58,184 nt of DNA from Verrucomicrobiota bacterium (GTDB lineage Bacteria; Verrucomicrobiota; Verrucomicrobiia; Palsa-1439): NCBI GenBank assembly GCA_037146675.1, contig JBAWWR010000002.1, positions 1 to 58,184 on the forward strand. Reading direction: 5' to 3'. Positions 42,699 to 52,313 of this stretch are shown here, one piece after another. Both the position numbers and the translations under genes were made by a program. The stretch's first letter is position 1. Each line of letters opens with the position of its first letter. Below the pieces are notes generated by a model. That model did not search any database, was not told where the DNA came from, and saw only the letters and a list, made by a program, of their open reading frames with translations.

Positions 42699-44279
42699 AT
42701 GGCACAGGAAAAAACACGATTTAGAAATTACCTGGCGGGAGTGAGTACCGGGCAGATGCGGATGGTCGTGCAGGCGGTGATCGGGCTCTGGCTGGTGCCG
42801 TTCACGCTGCGGTACCTCGACCGGGAACAATATGCGATCTTCAGTCTGTCGTTGAGTGTGTTGACGTGGCTGGGGTTGCTGGACTTGGGGATCACGGCAG
42901 GCCTCCGCGTGCAGGCGGCGCGGTTGACCGGGGCTCCGGACAAGGGTGACTTGAACCGGCTGGCCAGTAGCGCGTTTTTTGCGCAGTGCGCCGTCGTGCT
43001 GGCGGTCGTGGTGGTGGGCAGTCTGATTGGCGTGGGGTCCGCGCATTTCTTTGCAATCCGCCCAGAGTTGCGGCAGGAGGCGCTGGGGGTGTTCCTGCTG
43101 ACGGTACTCGGCGCGGCGATGTCAGTCGGCACGCAAACTTTTTCGGCGTTATTGATCGCGCATCAGCAGGTCCACGTGGACAATCTGATCGGTCTGTTGC
43201 TGGTGGTGATTCGGACGGTGCTGACGGTGGTGCTGTTGCAATTTGGCTGGGGGCTGTATTCGTTGGCGGTGGCGCACGTCGCGGCCCGTGGCGTGACGGC
43301 GATCTTGGCAGTGGTGCGGACTTACCGGGTGATTCCCGGATTGCGGATCCGGTATGGACTGGCCTCGTGGGAGGCGTTGAAGAGTTCGGTGGATCTGGGG
43401 GTCTGGTTCACGCTGGGCGGGGTGGCGGGAATCGTCATCAGCTCACTCGATAGCATCGTGACGGCTACGGTGGTGTCGGTTGAGATGGTCACGACGCTGG
43501 CGTTGACGAGCCGGATGTACGAGCTGGTTGGCGGGCTGGTGTCGGTGGTTACTGATACCGCGCGACCGATGCTGGGGCAGATGCTCGGGCAAAACAAGTT
43601 GGAGGAGGCGCTCAAGGTCTATCGCCGGCTGTTTGCGATGTCCACGGCTTTGGCGGTGGTGTTTGGGATGGCGGTGTGGGCCGGTAACTGCGCGTTTGTC
43701 AGCCGCTGGGTGGGGACTGTGAATTACGGCGGCCTGACGGTGGATCTCGTGCTGGCGTTAAACCTGATTCTGCATATGTGGGTCCTGCCCAGCCGCGCGG
43801 TGCTGTCGGCCAACTTGGAATTGCGCCAGCAAACTCTGACCCGCCTGTTGGAAGGTGCGCTCAACCTCGGGTTGTCAGTCCTATTCGGAATGTGGTTTGG
43901 ACTGATTGGCGTGCTGGTGGCCACATTGCTCGCCGGGTTGCTTTCTTCGATGTGGTATCTGCCGTACCTGACCGCCAGGATGTTTAAGCGGCCATTTTTA
44001 AAATTCGTCTGGGAAGATGCGGCGCCGATTGTGCAGTTGCTTGTGCTGTTGTTTCCCGTGGCGTTGCTGGCGCGCGTCTTGGCGCAGGGCCTGACCGGCT
44101 ATGTCGGCGCATTCGTCGGCGGCACGTTGACCGGCGGTGTCGGCGTGGTGCTGCTGTGGTTTGTCGTCTGTGATGAATCGCTGCGCGCCCGGTATTCACC
44201 CCGTTGGTTGTACGAACAAAAAATCGTGCCGGGCTTTCGCAGTTTGATCGCCAACCTGAACTATTGCGGAGATCGATGA
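42699..44279 (+). CDS. wzx: polysaccharide flippase (MOP superfamily, Wzx-like)
   Basis: A membrane protein with about 12-14 transmembrane helices and Wzx-like repeats. ATG at 42699 (MAQEKTRFRNYLAG...) is preferred to the TTG track start at 42612. Confidence 0.8.
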   Translation: MAQEKTRFRNYLAGVSTGQMRMVVQAVIGLWLVPFTLRYLDREQYAIFSLSLSVLTWLGLLDLGITAGLRVQAARLTGAPDKGDLNRLASSAFFAQCAVVLAVVVVGSLIGVGSAHFFAIRPELRQEALGVFLLTVLGAAMSVGTQTFSALLIAHQQVHVDNLIGLLLVVIRTVLTVVLLQFGWGLYSLAVAHVAARGVTAILAVVRTYRVIPGLRIRYGLASWEALKSSVDLGVWFTLGGVAGIVISSLDSIVTATVVSVEMVTTLALTSRMYELVGGLVSVVTDTARPMLGQMLGQNKLEEALKVYRRLFAMSTALAVVFGMAVWAGNCAFVSRWVGTVNYGGLTVDLVLALNLILHMWVLPSRAVLSANLELRQQTLTRLLEGALNLGLSVLFGMWFGLIGVLVATLLAGLLSSMWYLPYLTARMFKRPFLKFVWEDAAPIVQLLVLLFPVALLARVLAQGLTGYVGAFVGGTLTGGVGVVLLWFVVCDESLRARYSPRWLYEQKIVPGFRSLIANLNYCGDR

Positions 44280-44494
44280 ATTTTTTGACACGATCAACAA
44301 GGCTGGCGTGCGCCGGCAATATTACGACCACAGTGTCGCCGCTGATCAAGCACACGGTCCGCGTGAACGAAATGCTGCGGCTGATGGAAGACCGGCCCGC
44401 GCAGATTTCGATTTTGACGATCTTCGAACCTGACGGTTGTTGTGCGGGCGTGTTGCGGCTCCACGACATCTACCACCCAATCAGCAACGTCTGA
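44276..44494 (+). CDS. single CBS-domain mini-protein resembling the C-terminal end of KpsF/KdsD arabinose-5-phosphate isomerase (possible gene remnant)
   Basis: 72 aa: ...VSPLIKHTVRVNEMLRLMEDRPAQISILTIFEPDGCCAGVLRLHDIY. This matches the last CBS repeat of KpsF/KdsD-type proteins (…G.LH.HD…). No SIS domain is present upstream in any frame. The ATG overlaps the wzx stop (ATGA). Confidence 0.5.
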   Translation: MNFLTRSTRLACAGNITTTVSPLIKHTVRVNEMLRLMEDRPAQISILTIFEPDGCCAGVLRLHDIYHPISNV

Positions 44495-44506
44495 AGAAGG
44501 AGAACT

Positions 44507-45502
44507 ATGCAATCATTGATCACCGGCGGGGCGGGATTCATCGGCTCACACATCGCCCGGCATTGCCTGGCGCTGGGGCATCAGGTCGTCGTGCTCGACG
44601 ATCTTAGTGGCGGATTCCGCGACAACGTGCCGGACGGAGTGGCGTTTGTCCACGGATCAATCACCGATCCAGAATTGATCACGGGGCTGTTCAATGAACA
44701 CCGGTTTGACAACGTCTATCATCTAGCCGCGTGTTCCGCCGAAGGTTTGTCCCACTTCATTCGGCGGTTCAACTACATGAACAATTTGATCGGCAGCGTC
44801 AACTTGATCAACGCATCGGTACTCCACGGCGTGAAGCGGTTTGTCTTCACCTCCTCGATCGCCGTGTACGGCGCGGGCCAGCTACCGATGGATGAGACCA
44901 TGCCGCCGCAACCTGAGGACCCGTACGGTATCAGTCAGTACGCGGTTGAGCTGGATTTGCGCGCGGCACACGAGATGTTCGGGTTGGACTACATCATCTT
45001 CCGCCCACACAACGTGTACGGCGAACACCAGAACATCGGCGACCGGTACCGGAACGTCATCGGAATTTTCATGAACCAAATCATGCGCGGCGAGCCGATG
45101 ACTATTTTTGGCGACGGCAGCCAGACGCGGGCGTTTAGTCACATTGACGATGTCGCGCCCCAAATCGCGCGCAGCGTCACGGTGCCGGCCGCCACCAATC
45201 AGGTCATCAATATCGGTGCCGACACGCCGCACAGCATCAGCGCGCTGACGCGTGAGGTTGCCACGGCTTTCGGGGTGCCGATCAAGGTTCAGCATCTCGC
45301 TCCGCACCACGAAGTCCAGCACGCCTACGCCAGTCACGAAAAAGCTGTGCGGATTTTTGGCGCTGATGACCGGGTCAGTCTCGAAGATGGCGTCGCGCGC
45401 ATGGCGAAATGGGCCCGGCGAATCGGCCCGCGCCAAAGCTCCGCTTTCAAGTTGATCGAAATTGCCGAGAACATCCCAACCAGTTGGCGGCTCGCAGCAT
45501 GA
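44507..45502 (+). CDS. NAD-dependent sugar epimerase/dehydratase (extended SDR)
   Basis: Contains ITGGAGFIGSH (Rossmann motif), FTSSIAVYG and PYGISQYAVE. The canonical YxxxK here reads YGISQ, with CAG at 44936-44938. Confidence 0.85.
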   Translation: MQSLITGGAGFIGSHIARHCLALGHQVVVLDDLSGGFRDNVPDGVAFVHGSITDPELITGLFNEHRFDNVYHLAACSAEGLSHFIRRFNYMNNLIGSVNLINASVLHGVKRFVFTSSIAVYGAGQLPMDETMPPQPEDPYGISQYAVELDLRAAHEMFGLDYIIFRPHNVYGEHQNIGDRYRNVIGIFMNQIMRGEPMTIFGDGSQTRAFSHIDDVAPQIARSVTVPAATNQVINIGADTPHSISALTREVATAFGVPIKVQHLAPHHEVQHAYASHEKAVRIFGADDRVSLEDGVARMAKWARRIGPRQSSAFKLIEIAENIPTSWRLAA

Positions 45503-46857
45503 TTGCCCAATCTTTCCGGCGTCGTCACATCGCCATTTGCATCGCCTTTGGGCCGGAAGTGCGGGCGTTCATTCATTCCGGTTTCGCACGCCGGCTGGCC
45601 GAACGTTATGATGTGACAGTCTTGGCCTACCGGCCCGACTCGGCAGCTTTGACCGGATTGGACGAGGTCAAGGTGGTGCCGATGCCGCGGGTCAGCGAAC
45701 CGTATGGCTTGGCGGCATATCGGTCGTGGTCCAATTGCGCGCAATCCGAAATGTTGCGCCGGCAGGGCGGCGGTGTCTGGGCGCACTGGTTGCGCAGCGA
45801 GCCGGCGTCACGCAAGGCGCGCGTACTCCGGGCGGTTCCGGGCGGACTGCGTGTCCTGACGCCTGCGGTGCGGCGACTGGAACGCCAGCTGGGCCGGCAG
45901 TTCGGCACCCAACCGGTGTGGCAGCAACTATTCACGGAGTTGGGAATCGATGCGGTCATCGCCGGCAGCGGTTTCCATCCACGCATTCTACCGGCGTTAC
46001 AGACGGCAACGAATCGCGGGCTGGTGACGATCTTGGCGTTTAACTCTTGGAAGGATATTTACAGCGCGCCCAATTTCGCTGTCGTTCCCAGCCGGGTGGT
46101 CGTCTGGAGTCAGCGGGCGGCGAACGATCTATTGGCGATGAACCCGCATGTGTCGAGCCATCGCGTGGTTGTGATCGACTCATTGCATCTCGAACCATTT
46201 GTGCGGCCGGGGACGATTCCCGATCGCCAAGAATTCTGCGCGCGCGTCGGACTAGATCCGGCGCGGCCGTTCCTCTGTTACACCGCCGCTGCGCCCACTG
46301 CCGTGCGGCACGAGGAGCGGATTCTCGCGTTCCTGCTGAGTGCCACTCGCAATGGTCGGATACCGGCGCGCCCACAAGTGCTGGTGCGCCTTAATCCGAT
46401 GGACAACGGTCGGCGCTTTGCCGCGCTTGCCGGCGAATTTGTAATCCAGAAACCCGCCTGGGAATGGGATGGCACCGCCGACTGGTGCTGCGCCTTGCCG
46501 GCCGACATTCCGCAGTGGGTGGCGACGGCCTACCACGCGGCCCTGAACATTTCCATCGCCTCAACAGTCACGCTGGAATTCAAAACTTTGGGCCGGCCGG
46601 TGGTGAACGTCTGTTTTGATTTACCGGCGCCGTTGCCGGCCGCGACGTCCAACCGGCGATTCTGGGAAGCCGCTTTTTACGCTGAGATTCGCGAGCGGGG
46701 CGATGCCGTCCCGGCGTTCTCACCGGATGAATTGGTCCGCGCGGTCACGCAACAGTTGACCGCCACGCCGACGGGCCATAACGGCGACCAGCCAGTACCG
46801 TTGGTGAGTCCGGTGGACAAATTGCTCGCGGTCGTTGCCGAGGTGTTACCGGTATGA
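45499..46857 (+). CDS. hypothetical protein, possibly a GT-B-fold sugar/phosphosugar transferase
   Basis: 452 aa. ATG at 45499 overlaps the upstream stop (ATGA). It has a two-lobed alpha/beta-like pattern (ICIAFGPEVRAF...; FLCYTAAAP...STVTLEFKTLGRPVVNV). I recognise no confident family. Confidence 0.55.
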   Translation: MIAQSFRRRHIAICIAFGPEVRAFIHSGFARRLAERYDVTVLAYRPDSAALTGLDEVKVVPMPRVSEPYGLAAYRSWSNCAQSEMLRRQGGGVWAHWLRSEPASRKARVLRAVPGGLRVLTPAVRRLERQLGRQFGTQPVWQQLFTELGIDAVIAGSGFHPRILPALQTATNRGLVTILAFNSWKDIYSAPNFAVVPSRVVVWSQRAANDLLAMNPHVSSHRVVVIDSLHLEPFVRPGTIPDRQEFCARVGLDPARPFLCYTAAAPTAVRHEERILAFLLSATRNGRIPARPQVLVRLNPMDNGRRFAALAGEFVIQKPAWEWDGTADWCCALPADIPQWVATAYHAALNISIASTVTLEFKTLGRPVVNVCFDLPAPLPAATSNRRFWEAAFYAEIRERGDAVPAFSPDELVRAVTQQLTATPTGHNGDQPVPLVSPVDKLLAVVAEVLPV

Positions 46858-49037
46858 AAATTTGCTTTGTCTGTTCTGAATACCCGCCGGTCGTGTGCGG
46901 CGGCATCGGGATTGTCACGCAGGTGTTGGCGCGGGCGTTGGTGGCGCAAGGCCACGCGGTCCGCGTTATCGGCGTGAGTGACACCGGTCCCGAGTCCGAG
47001 GATGACATGGGCGTGCGCGTCTGGCGGCTGCGGCCCGGGTCCCAGCGTTTCGGCTGGATTCGTGATCGGATCGCGCTGTTCCGCACGGTGGAGCGCTGGG
47101 CCTGCGCGGGCGAAATCGACATCGTTGAGGTGGCCGACTGGGGTGGTGCGGCCGCGTTCTGGCCACGCTTACCGGTACCGGTGGTGGCGCGGTTGCATGG
47201 CTCGGCGACCTATTACGCCGCCGAACTTGAGCAACGCCTGAAGCGCCGATTGTTCTGGCTGGAATCTCGGTCGCTGCACCGGGCGGATTTTCTCTGTTCC
47301 GTCAGCCGGCACACGGCCGAGCGGACCAAATCGCTTTTTAATTTACGTTCTGGCGCTGCCGTTCTCTACAACCCAGTCACGGTGCCGCCGGCGCCAGCCG
47401 TTGTCGACCGCGCGCCGCATCGCGTTGTCTTTACTGGTACGCTCGTGGCTAAGAAAGGCGTCGTGGCGTTGATTCGCGCTTGGCCGAGTGTCGTCGCGGT
47501 TTTGCCGGATGCCGAACTGCATCTGTTGGGCAAAGACGGGCGCGCGGAGACTGGCGGTTCGATGCAACAATTTCTACTTGCCCAACTTCCGGCGGCCGTG
47601 CGCCCGACCGTTCACTTTTACGGCCACGTTGACCGGGAAGCGGTGCGGGCTGAATTGTGCCGTGCCCGCGTCGGCGTGTTTCCGTCGTACACGGAAACGT
47701 TTGGCTTGGCGCCCGTCGAAGCGATGGCGTGCGGTTGTCCGACCATTTACACGTGGCACCCGCCCGGCCCGGAGCTGGTGCGCGATGGCGTTGACGGCTT
47801 GTTGATCGACCCCGATCAACCACGCGAAATCGCTGCGGCAATCCTAGCGGTGCTTACCGACGACAAGCTGGCCAGCAATCTTGGGGCGGCCGGCGCGCAG
47901 CGCGTCGCTGAAAAGTTTTCGTTACCGGAATTGGTGCGGGCCAATGAGCAATTTTACCAGACGTGCGTGGATAAATTTTACGGTTGTGTCGCCCGGCAGA
48001 TTTTGCCGGGTTGGCGCAAAGCGGCTGTCAGCTCACCGGTGCTGGCCGATTGCAGTCTTGTGGTGGCAACTTACCGGCGGCCGGAAGCGATTGTGACGTT
48101 ACTGACCCAATTAGTGAGTGTGGAAGATCCGCCGGGCGAAGTTGTGATCGTGGACGGGACACCGGAACCGGTGGTCGGTGCGGCGGTTGCCGGTTGGGCG
48201 CGGCGGCACGACCTGCCGTTTGCGCTGGTTTACGTCCACAGTCCCGCAGGTCTGACCCGTCAGCGCAACGTAGGTGTGGATGCGAGCACCGGCGCGTTCG
48301 TGTTTTTCCTCGACGACGATTGTCTACCGCAAGCCGGTTATTTCACGGCGATCCGCCAAGTATTCGCAAGCGACGCGCTGGGCCGGATTGGGGCGGTTGC
48401 CGGGACGCCGATTAACGAACTGAACCAACCGCTGGCGTGGCGGTGGCGGATGCGGTTCCGGCTCGGCTTGATTCCGCACGGCGAACCGGGTCGGTATTAC
48501 CCGATGGCCACATCAGTGCCGCGGGCGTTGGCGCAACCTTTCACGGGGACGCGACCGACGGATGTGTTGCCCGGCGTGGCGTTCGCTTGCCGGCGCGTAG
48601 TGTTGGAGCGATGCCGGTTTTCACGATTCTTCGACGGCTACAGTCAAGGTGAGGATTTGGAGATGTCGCGGCGCATCGCACGCGACTGGGAATTGCGGTG
48701 GTGCGGCGACGCGCACGTGATTCACCAGCACGCGGCGGGTGGTCGGCCGGCGTCGTTCGCGAAAGGGCGGATGGAGGTGCGCAACCGTTATTTCATCTGG
48801 CGCCGGCATACGCCGCAGCCGAGCATGCGTTGCCGGCTGCAGATGTGGGCAGATTTTTTGTTCATTGGTCTCTGCGATATATTGCGCGGCGAGTGGATGC
48901 ACGGTGTCGGAGTGGCGTGCGGTGCCGGCGAATGCTTGGTCGCACCGCCGCAATATGTCGAACCGCCGGCGCGCCGGGAATATGAGTTTTCACTCAAAAA
49001 CTTTGTAGTCCGTAAGCCGACTTCACTAGCCGCATGA
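46854..49037 (+). CDS. fused GT4 (N-terminal) and GT2 (C-terminal) glycosyltransferase
   Basis: The N-terminal half has KICFVCSEYPPVVCGGIGIV and ETFGLAPVEAMACGCPTI (GT4). The C-terminal half has SLVVATYRRPE, VVIVDGTPEP and FFLDDDC (GT2 DxD region). Total length 727 aa. Confidence 0.85.
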   Translation: MKICFVCSEYPPVVCGGIGIVTQVLARALVAQGHAVRVIGVSDTGPESEDDMGVRVWRLRPGSQRFGWIRDRIALFRTVERWACAGEIDIVEVADWGGAAAFWPRLPVPVVARLHGSATYYAAELEQRLKRRLFWLESRSLHRADFLCSVSRHTAERTKSLFNLRSGAAVLYNPVTVPPAPAVVDRAPHRVVFTGTLVAKKGVVALIRAWPSVVAVLPDAELHLLGKDGRAETGGSMQQFLLAQLPAAVRPTVHFYGHVDREAVRAELCRARVGVFPSYTETFGLAPVEAMACGCPTIYTWHPPGPELVRDGVDGLLIDPDQPREIAAAILAVLTDDKLASNLGAAGAQRVAEKFSLPELVRANEQFYQTCVDKFYGCVARQILPGWRKAAVSSPVLADCSLVVATYRRPEAIVTLLTQLVSVEDPPGEVVIVDGTPEPVVGAAVAGWARRHDLPFALVYVHSPAGLTRQRNVGVDASTGAFVFFLDDDCLPQAGYFTAIRQVFASDALGRIGAVAGTPINELNQPLAWRWRMRFRLGLIPHGEPGRYYPMATSVPRALAQPFTGTRPTDVLPGVAFACRRVVLERCRFSRFFDGYSQGEDLEMSRRIARDWELRWCGDAHVIHQHAAGGRPASFAKGRMEVRNRYFIWRRHTPQPSMRCRLQMWADFLFIGLCDILRGEWMHGVGVACGAGECLVAPPQYVEPPARREYEFSLKNFVVRKPTSLAA

Positions 49038-50443
49038 ACGCTGTCCACGATATGGAGTCGTTTTTCCCGCTGGCGGGTGCTGTCCGCCAGACGCAGGAGC
49101 AGGCCGTCAGCCAATTTCGACGGCGGGTGGTGGCGCTGGTTTTGATCTGCACACTGCCCACGGCCGTGCTGCTTGCGGCGGGGCGACTCCAGTTGGCCGC
49201 CGACTGTTTTTGGGCCGTGTTCTTGGCGATTGTCGGCGCGCTGATCTTGTTTCGCCGGCATGAAACATTACTCAGTTTGATTATTGGTGTGATTCCGTGG
49301 CTCAGCTTGCTCCGCGGTAGTGGTTTTATGTTTTACAATGTCAACGCGGTGGTGCTGGCGGTTGGCGCCTTGCATTATCTGGTGCGTGCGCCGCAGGTAG
49401 TCGTGGCGACCGGGCGGGGATGTCGGCTAGCTGTTTGTCTGATCGTCGGCGCCGGTATCTATTATGCGCTCAGTTTGGCGCGGACCGGTGATTACGCTCG
49501 GAACCTGCGGATGTTTGAGTTTGGATTGGCCGTGTGGTGTGTGTTGCTGGCTGGCCGGAACCGGTTTGTGCTGGGGAGCGGGTTGCTGGGCTTAATCTTT
49601 GCGGCGGTCGCGGCCGGTCTTGCTTTGTTGCCACACAACGGTTTGATTGGTCGACTGGGGATCGCAGTAATTGAAGGCAGTGTCGTCGGTAATCCTGTGC
49701 AATTGGGCATGGCGCTGGCGCTTGTCTGCCTGGCGATGCTGGTGGACCGGGGACATTGGCTGGCGTGGATCGAGGCGCGTTGGTGGAATGGGTGCTGGCT
49801 GGTGATCGCCGCGATTTTATTGGTGCTGACGACTTCGCGCGCGGCGTGGCTGGTGACCAGTTGCGGCTTGCTCCTGACGGCGATGTTCGGTCGCAATCAA
49901 CGAGTTCGGTCGGTCCTGCTGGCGGGTATGGTGCCGGTTTGCGTGCTGGTAGCGTTGGCCGGTCCATTTGGGACGGGGCTGCGGGACGGCTTGCACAGGA
50001 CTTTCAGTGAAGAACGCGACATGACAGGGCGCACGAGTGGGCGCTCTGATCAATGGCGGGTTGCCGGACGCGCGGTCACAATGTCGCCATTGCGTCTGCT
50101 CTGCGGCTACGGACCAGGTACCGGTCCCACCGTCTACGCCAAAGCCTCTGATGAAGTCGCGGATGTGCGCTATGCGGTGGGTCGCAAAGCCGAGTGGCAT
50201 TCGCTGTTCCTGCAGGTTCTTGTCGAAACCGGTTTGGTTGGTTTGACTTTTCTGGTGGTTTGGTTGGCGGTGGCGTTTGCGCGGGTAGTGGCTGGGTTGC
50301 GGCGGACCGGTCGACTGCTGCCGCTGGTGTGTTTTAGCGGTTATGTGCTGACGATTTTGACGGTTTCAGGAAATGACACCATCGCCGGTACGATGCTGGG
50401 CATTGCGCTACTGGGCGCAGGGAGCCGACATGCGCAAGGTTGA
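49034..50443 (+). CDS. wzy: O-antigen polymerase/ligase-family membrane protein (Wzy_C-like)
   Basis: About 10-12 transmembrane helices. The LVLTTSRAAWL segment and a large loop with H..F are typical of the Wzy_C/O-antigen ligase domain. Confidence 0.75.
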   Translation: MNAVHDMESFFPLAGAVRQTQEQAVSQFRRRVVALVLICTLPTAVLLAAGRLQLAADCFWAVFLAIVGALILFRRHETLLSLIIGVIPWLSLLRGSGFMFYNVNAVVLAVGALHYLVRAPQVVVATGRGCRLAVCLIVGAGIYYALSLARTGDYARNLRMFEFGLAVWCVLLAGRNRFVLGSGLLGLIFAAVAAGLALLPHNGLIGRLGIAVIEGSVVGNPVQLGMALALVCLAMLVDRGHWLAWIEARWWNGCWLVIAAILLVLTTSRAAWLVTSCGLLLTAMFGRNQRVRSVLLAGMVPVCVLVALAGPFGTGLRDGLHRTFSEERDMTGRTSGRSDQWRVAGRAVTMSPLRLLCGYGPGTGPTVYAKASDEVADVRYAVGRKAEWHSLFLQVLVETGLVGLTFLVVWLAVAFARVVAGLRRTGRLLPLVCFSGYVLTILTVSGNDTIAGTMLGIALLGAGSRHAQG

Positions 50444-51569
50444 AACTATGCTCATCCTCAGCCGCGTTGCGCATTACGAGCACGCGGGCCGGCTCTATGC
50501 GTACACGCCGTACGCGCGGGAGATTGACATCTGGGCGGATTTGTTTCCGCGCATCGCGATTGCCGGTACGCTGCGACGGGAACCACCACCGGGCGACTGC
50601 TCGGAATTCACTCGCGACAATATTGCCGTCTGGCCGGTCGCCGATCCTGGCAGCCGGCGGCTCGCCCAACTCTGGTCGCTGCCGCGCCAGCTCTGGCAGT
50701 TATGCCGGCACATGCTGCGGGCGGACGCGATTCATGTGCGGTGCCCAGCGGATTTGGGATTACTCGGAGTGTTACTGGCGCCGTTGTTTTCGCGGCGGCT
50801 CTACGCGAAGTATGCGACGCAATGGACGAGTTTCGCCGGCGAGTCGTGGGTTTGGCGGTTGCAACGTGCCGTGCTGGGCTCGCATTGGTGGCGCGGGCCG
50901 GTAACCGTGTACGGCGCGTGGCCCGATCAACCCCGGCACGTTGTGCCGTTTTTCACCTCAGTGTTGACCGACGCACAAGTGGACCGCGCTCGCATCGCAG
51001 CCCAGGCGCGAGTGTCTGGCCCCGGGCCATTGCGGTTGTTATTTGTCGGCCGACTGTCGAAATCGAAAAATGTGGATGTGGTGCTCGCCGCGATGGCGGC
51101 AACGCAACTCAACGGACAACTCACATGCACCATCGTGGGCGACGGTTCGCAGCGTGCGGCGTTGGAAGCGCAAGCCGCCCGGCTCGGTTGCAACGGTCGC
51201 GTGCGCTTTACCGGCGGCGTAAGTTTCGAGCGAGTTCTGGAGTTCTACGAGCAGTCGGACGTTCTGGTGTTGGTTTCGGAATTGGAAGGTTGGCCCAAAG
51301 CCATTGCCGAGGGGATGGCGTTCGGGCTCGTTTGCATCGGCGCAAACCGGGGTTTGGTGCCGCAGATGTTGGCCGGCGGACGGGGCTTGGTGGTCGAGCC
51401 CGGTGATGTCGCCGGGTTGGCTGGTGCGCTCAGGCATGTGGCAACCCATCGTGAGGAATGTTCGCAGATGGCACAACGCGCCGCGCTCTGGGCGCAACGG
51501 TATTCCCTCGAAGGTTTGCGCACGTCGCTTCGCGAATTACTGACTCAACATTGGTCGGAGCGCGAATGA
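50430..51569 (+). CDS. GT4 glycosyltransferase
   Basis: The C-terminal half reads LLFVGRLSKSKNVD...SELEGWPKAIAEGMAFGLVCIGANRG. The start is uncertain (ATG at 50430 or 50448); the track start at 50373 lies deep inside wzy. Confidence 0.8.
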   Translation: MRKVETMLILSRVAHYEHAGRLYAYTPYAREIDIWADLFPRIAIAGTLRREPPPGDCSEFTRDNIAVWPVADPGSRRLAQLWSLPRQLWQLCRHMLRADAIHVRCPADLGLLGVLLAPLFSRRLYAKYATQWTSFAGESWVWRLQRAVLGSHWWRGPVTVYGAWPDQPRHVVPFFTSVLTDAQVDRARIAAQARVSGPGPLRLLFVGRLSKSKNVDVVLAAMAATQLNGQLTCTIVGDGSQRAALEAQAARLGCNGRVRFTGGVSFERVLEFYEQSDVLVLVSELEGWPKAIAEGMAFGLVCIGANRGLVPQMLAGGRGLVVEPGDVAGLAGALRHVATHREECSQMAQRAALWAQRYSLEGLRTSLRELLTQHWSERE

Positions 51570-52303
51570 AACCAGCCGTTATCGCTATGACTAAAGCTGA
51601 GCTTCAAGCGTTGGAATACACGGTGCCGTACCACTGGTTGACGATGCAGCACAATTGTCTGGCGCGTTACGTGGAGTTGTCCGCCGTCATGGCGCGAATG
51701 CTCCGTCAACACGCTCGACCGGGACCGGGGCTGGATATCGGTTGCGGCGACGGACGGTCGACGTTTGAGGTCGCGTGCCTATTGGGTCGCGACTACAAAC
51801 TCAGCGGGATTGATTACGATGCGCGGGCGATCCATTTCGCGCGCTTGTTTGCACCGGAGATCGAGTTTCGCGTCACCAACGGCGACGGGCTCGGCGCTGC
51901 GGCGGCGAGCATGACGTTTCTCTGTTGCCGGGAAGTGCTCGAACACATCGCGCCCGATGCAGTACCGGCGTTCATCGCGGAGCAATATCGCGTGCTGGTG
52001 CCGGGCGGCATCGCTGTCGTCGTCGTGCCATCCACGCGGCTGCCGGTGTCGACGAAACATTACCGGCATTTTACTGCGCCGAGCTTGGCGCAATGCTACG
52101 GGCAATTCGAATCGGTGGAGCTGATTGGGTTTGGTGACCGGCCCAAGGGTTATCTCGGCGAGAGACTTTACACGTTGATCGATCTCTGCCCGGGCCTGTG
52201 GAAAGTCTACCAGAACTGCTGGCGAACCACTGGCGCGGATGTGGGCGACTTGGTGGTCGGGTGTTTTCGCAAGCCGGTAACTTCTACGATTGGTGTGGCG
52301 TGA
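51566..52303 (+). CDS. class I SAM-dependent methyltransferase
   Basis: Contains motif I LDIGCGDGR, post-I GIDYD, and REVLEHI. ATG at 51566 overlaps the upstream stop (ATGA). Confidence 0.8.
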   Translation: MKPAVIAMTKAELQALEYTVPYHWLTMQHNCLARYVELSAVMARMLRQHARPGPGLDIGCGDGRSTFEVACLLGRDYKLSGIDYDARAIHFARLFAPEIEFRVTNGDGLGAAAASMTFLCCREVLEHIAPDAVPAFIAEQYRVLVPGGIAVVVVPSTRLPVSTKHYRHFTAPSLAQCYGQFESVELIGFGDRPKGYLGERLYTLIDLCPGLWKVYQNCWRTTGADVGDLVVGCFRKPVTSTIGVA

Positions 52304-52313
52304 GAACTCACTT

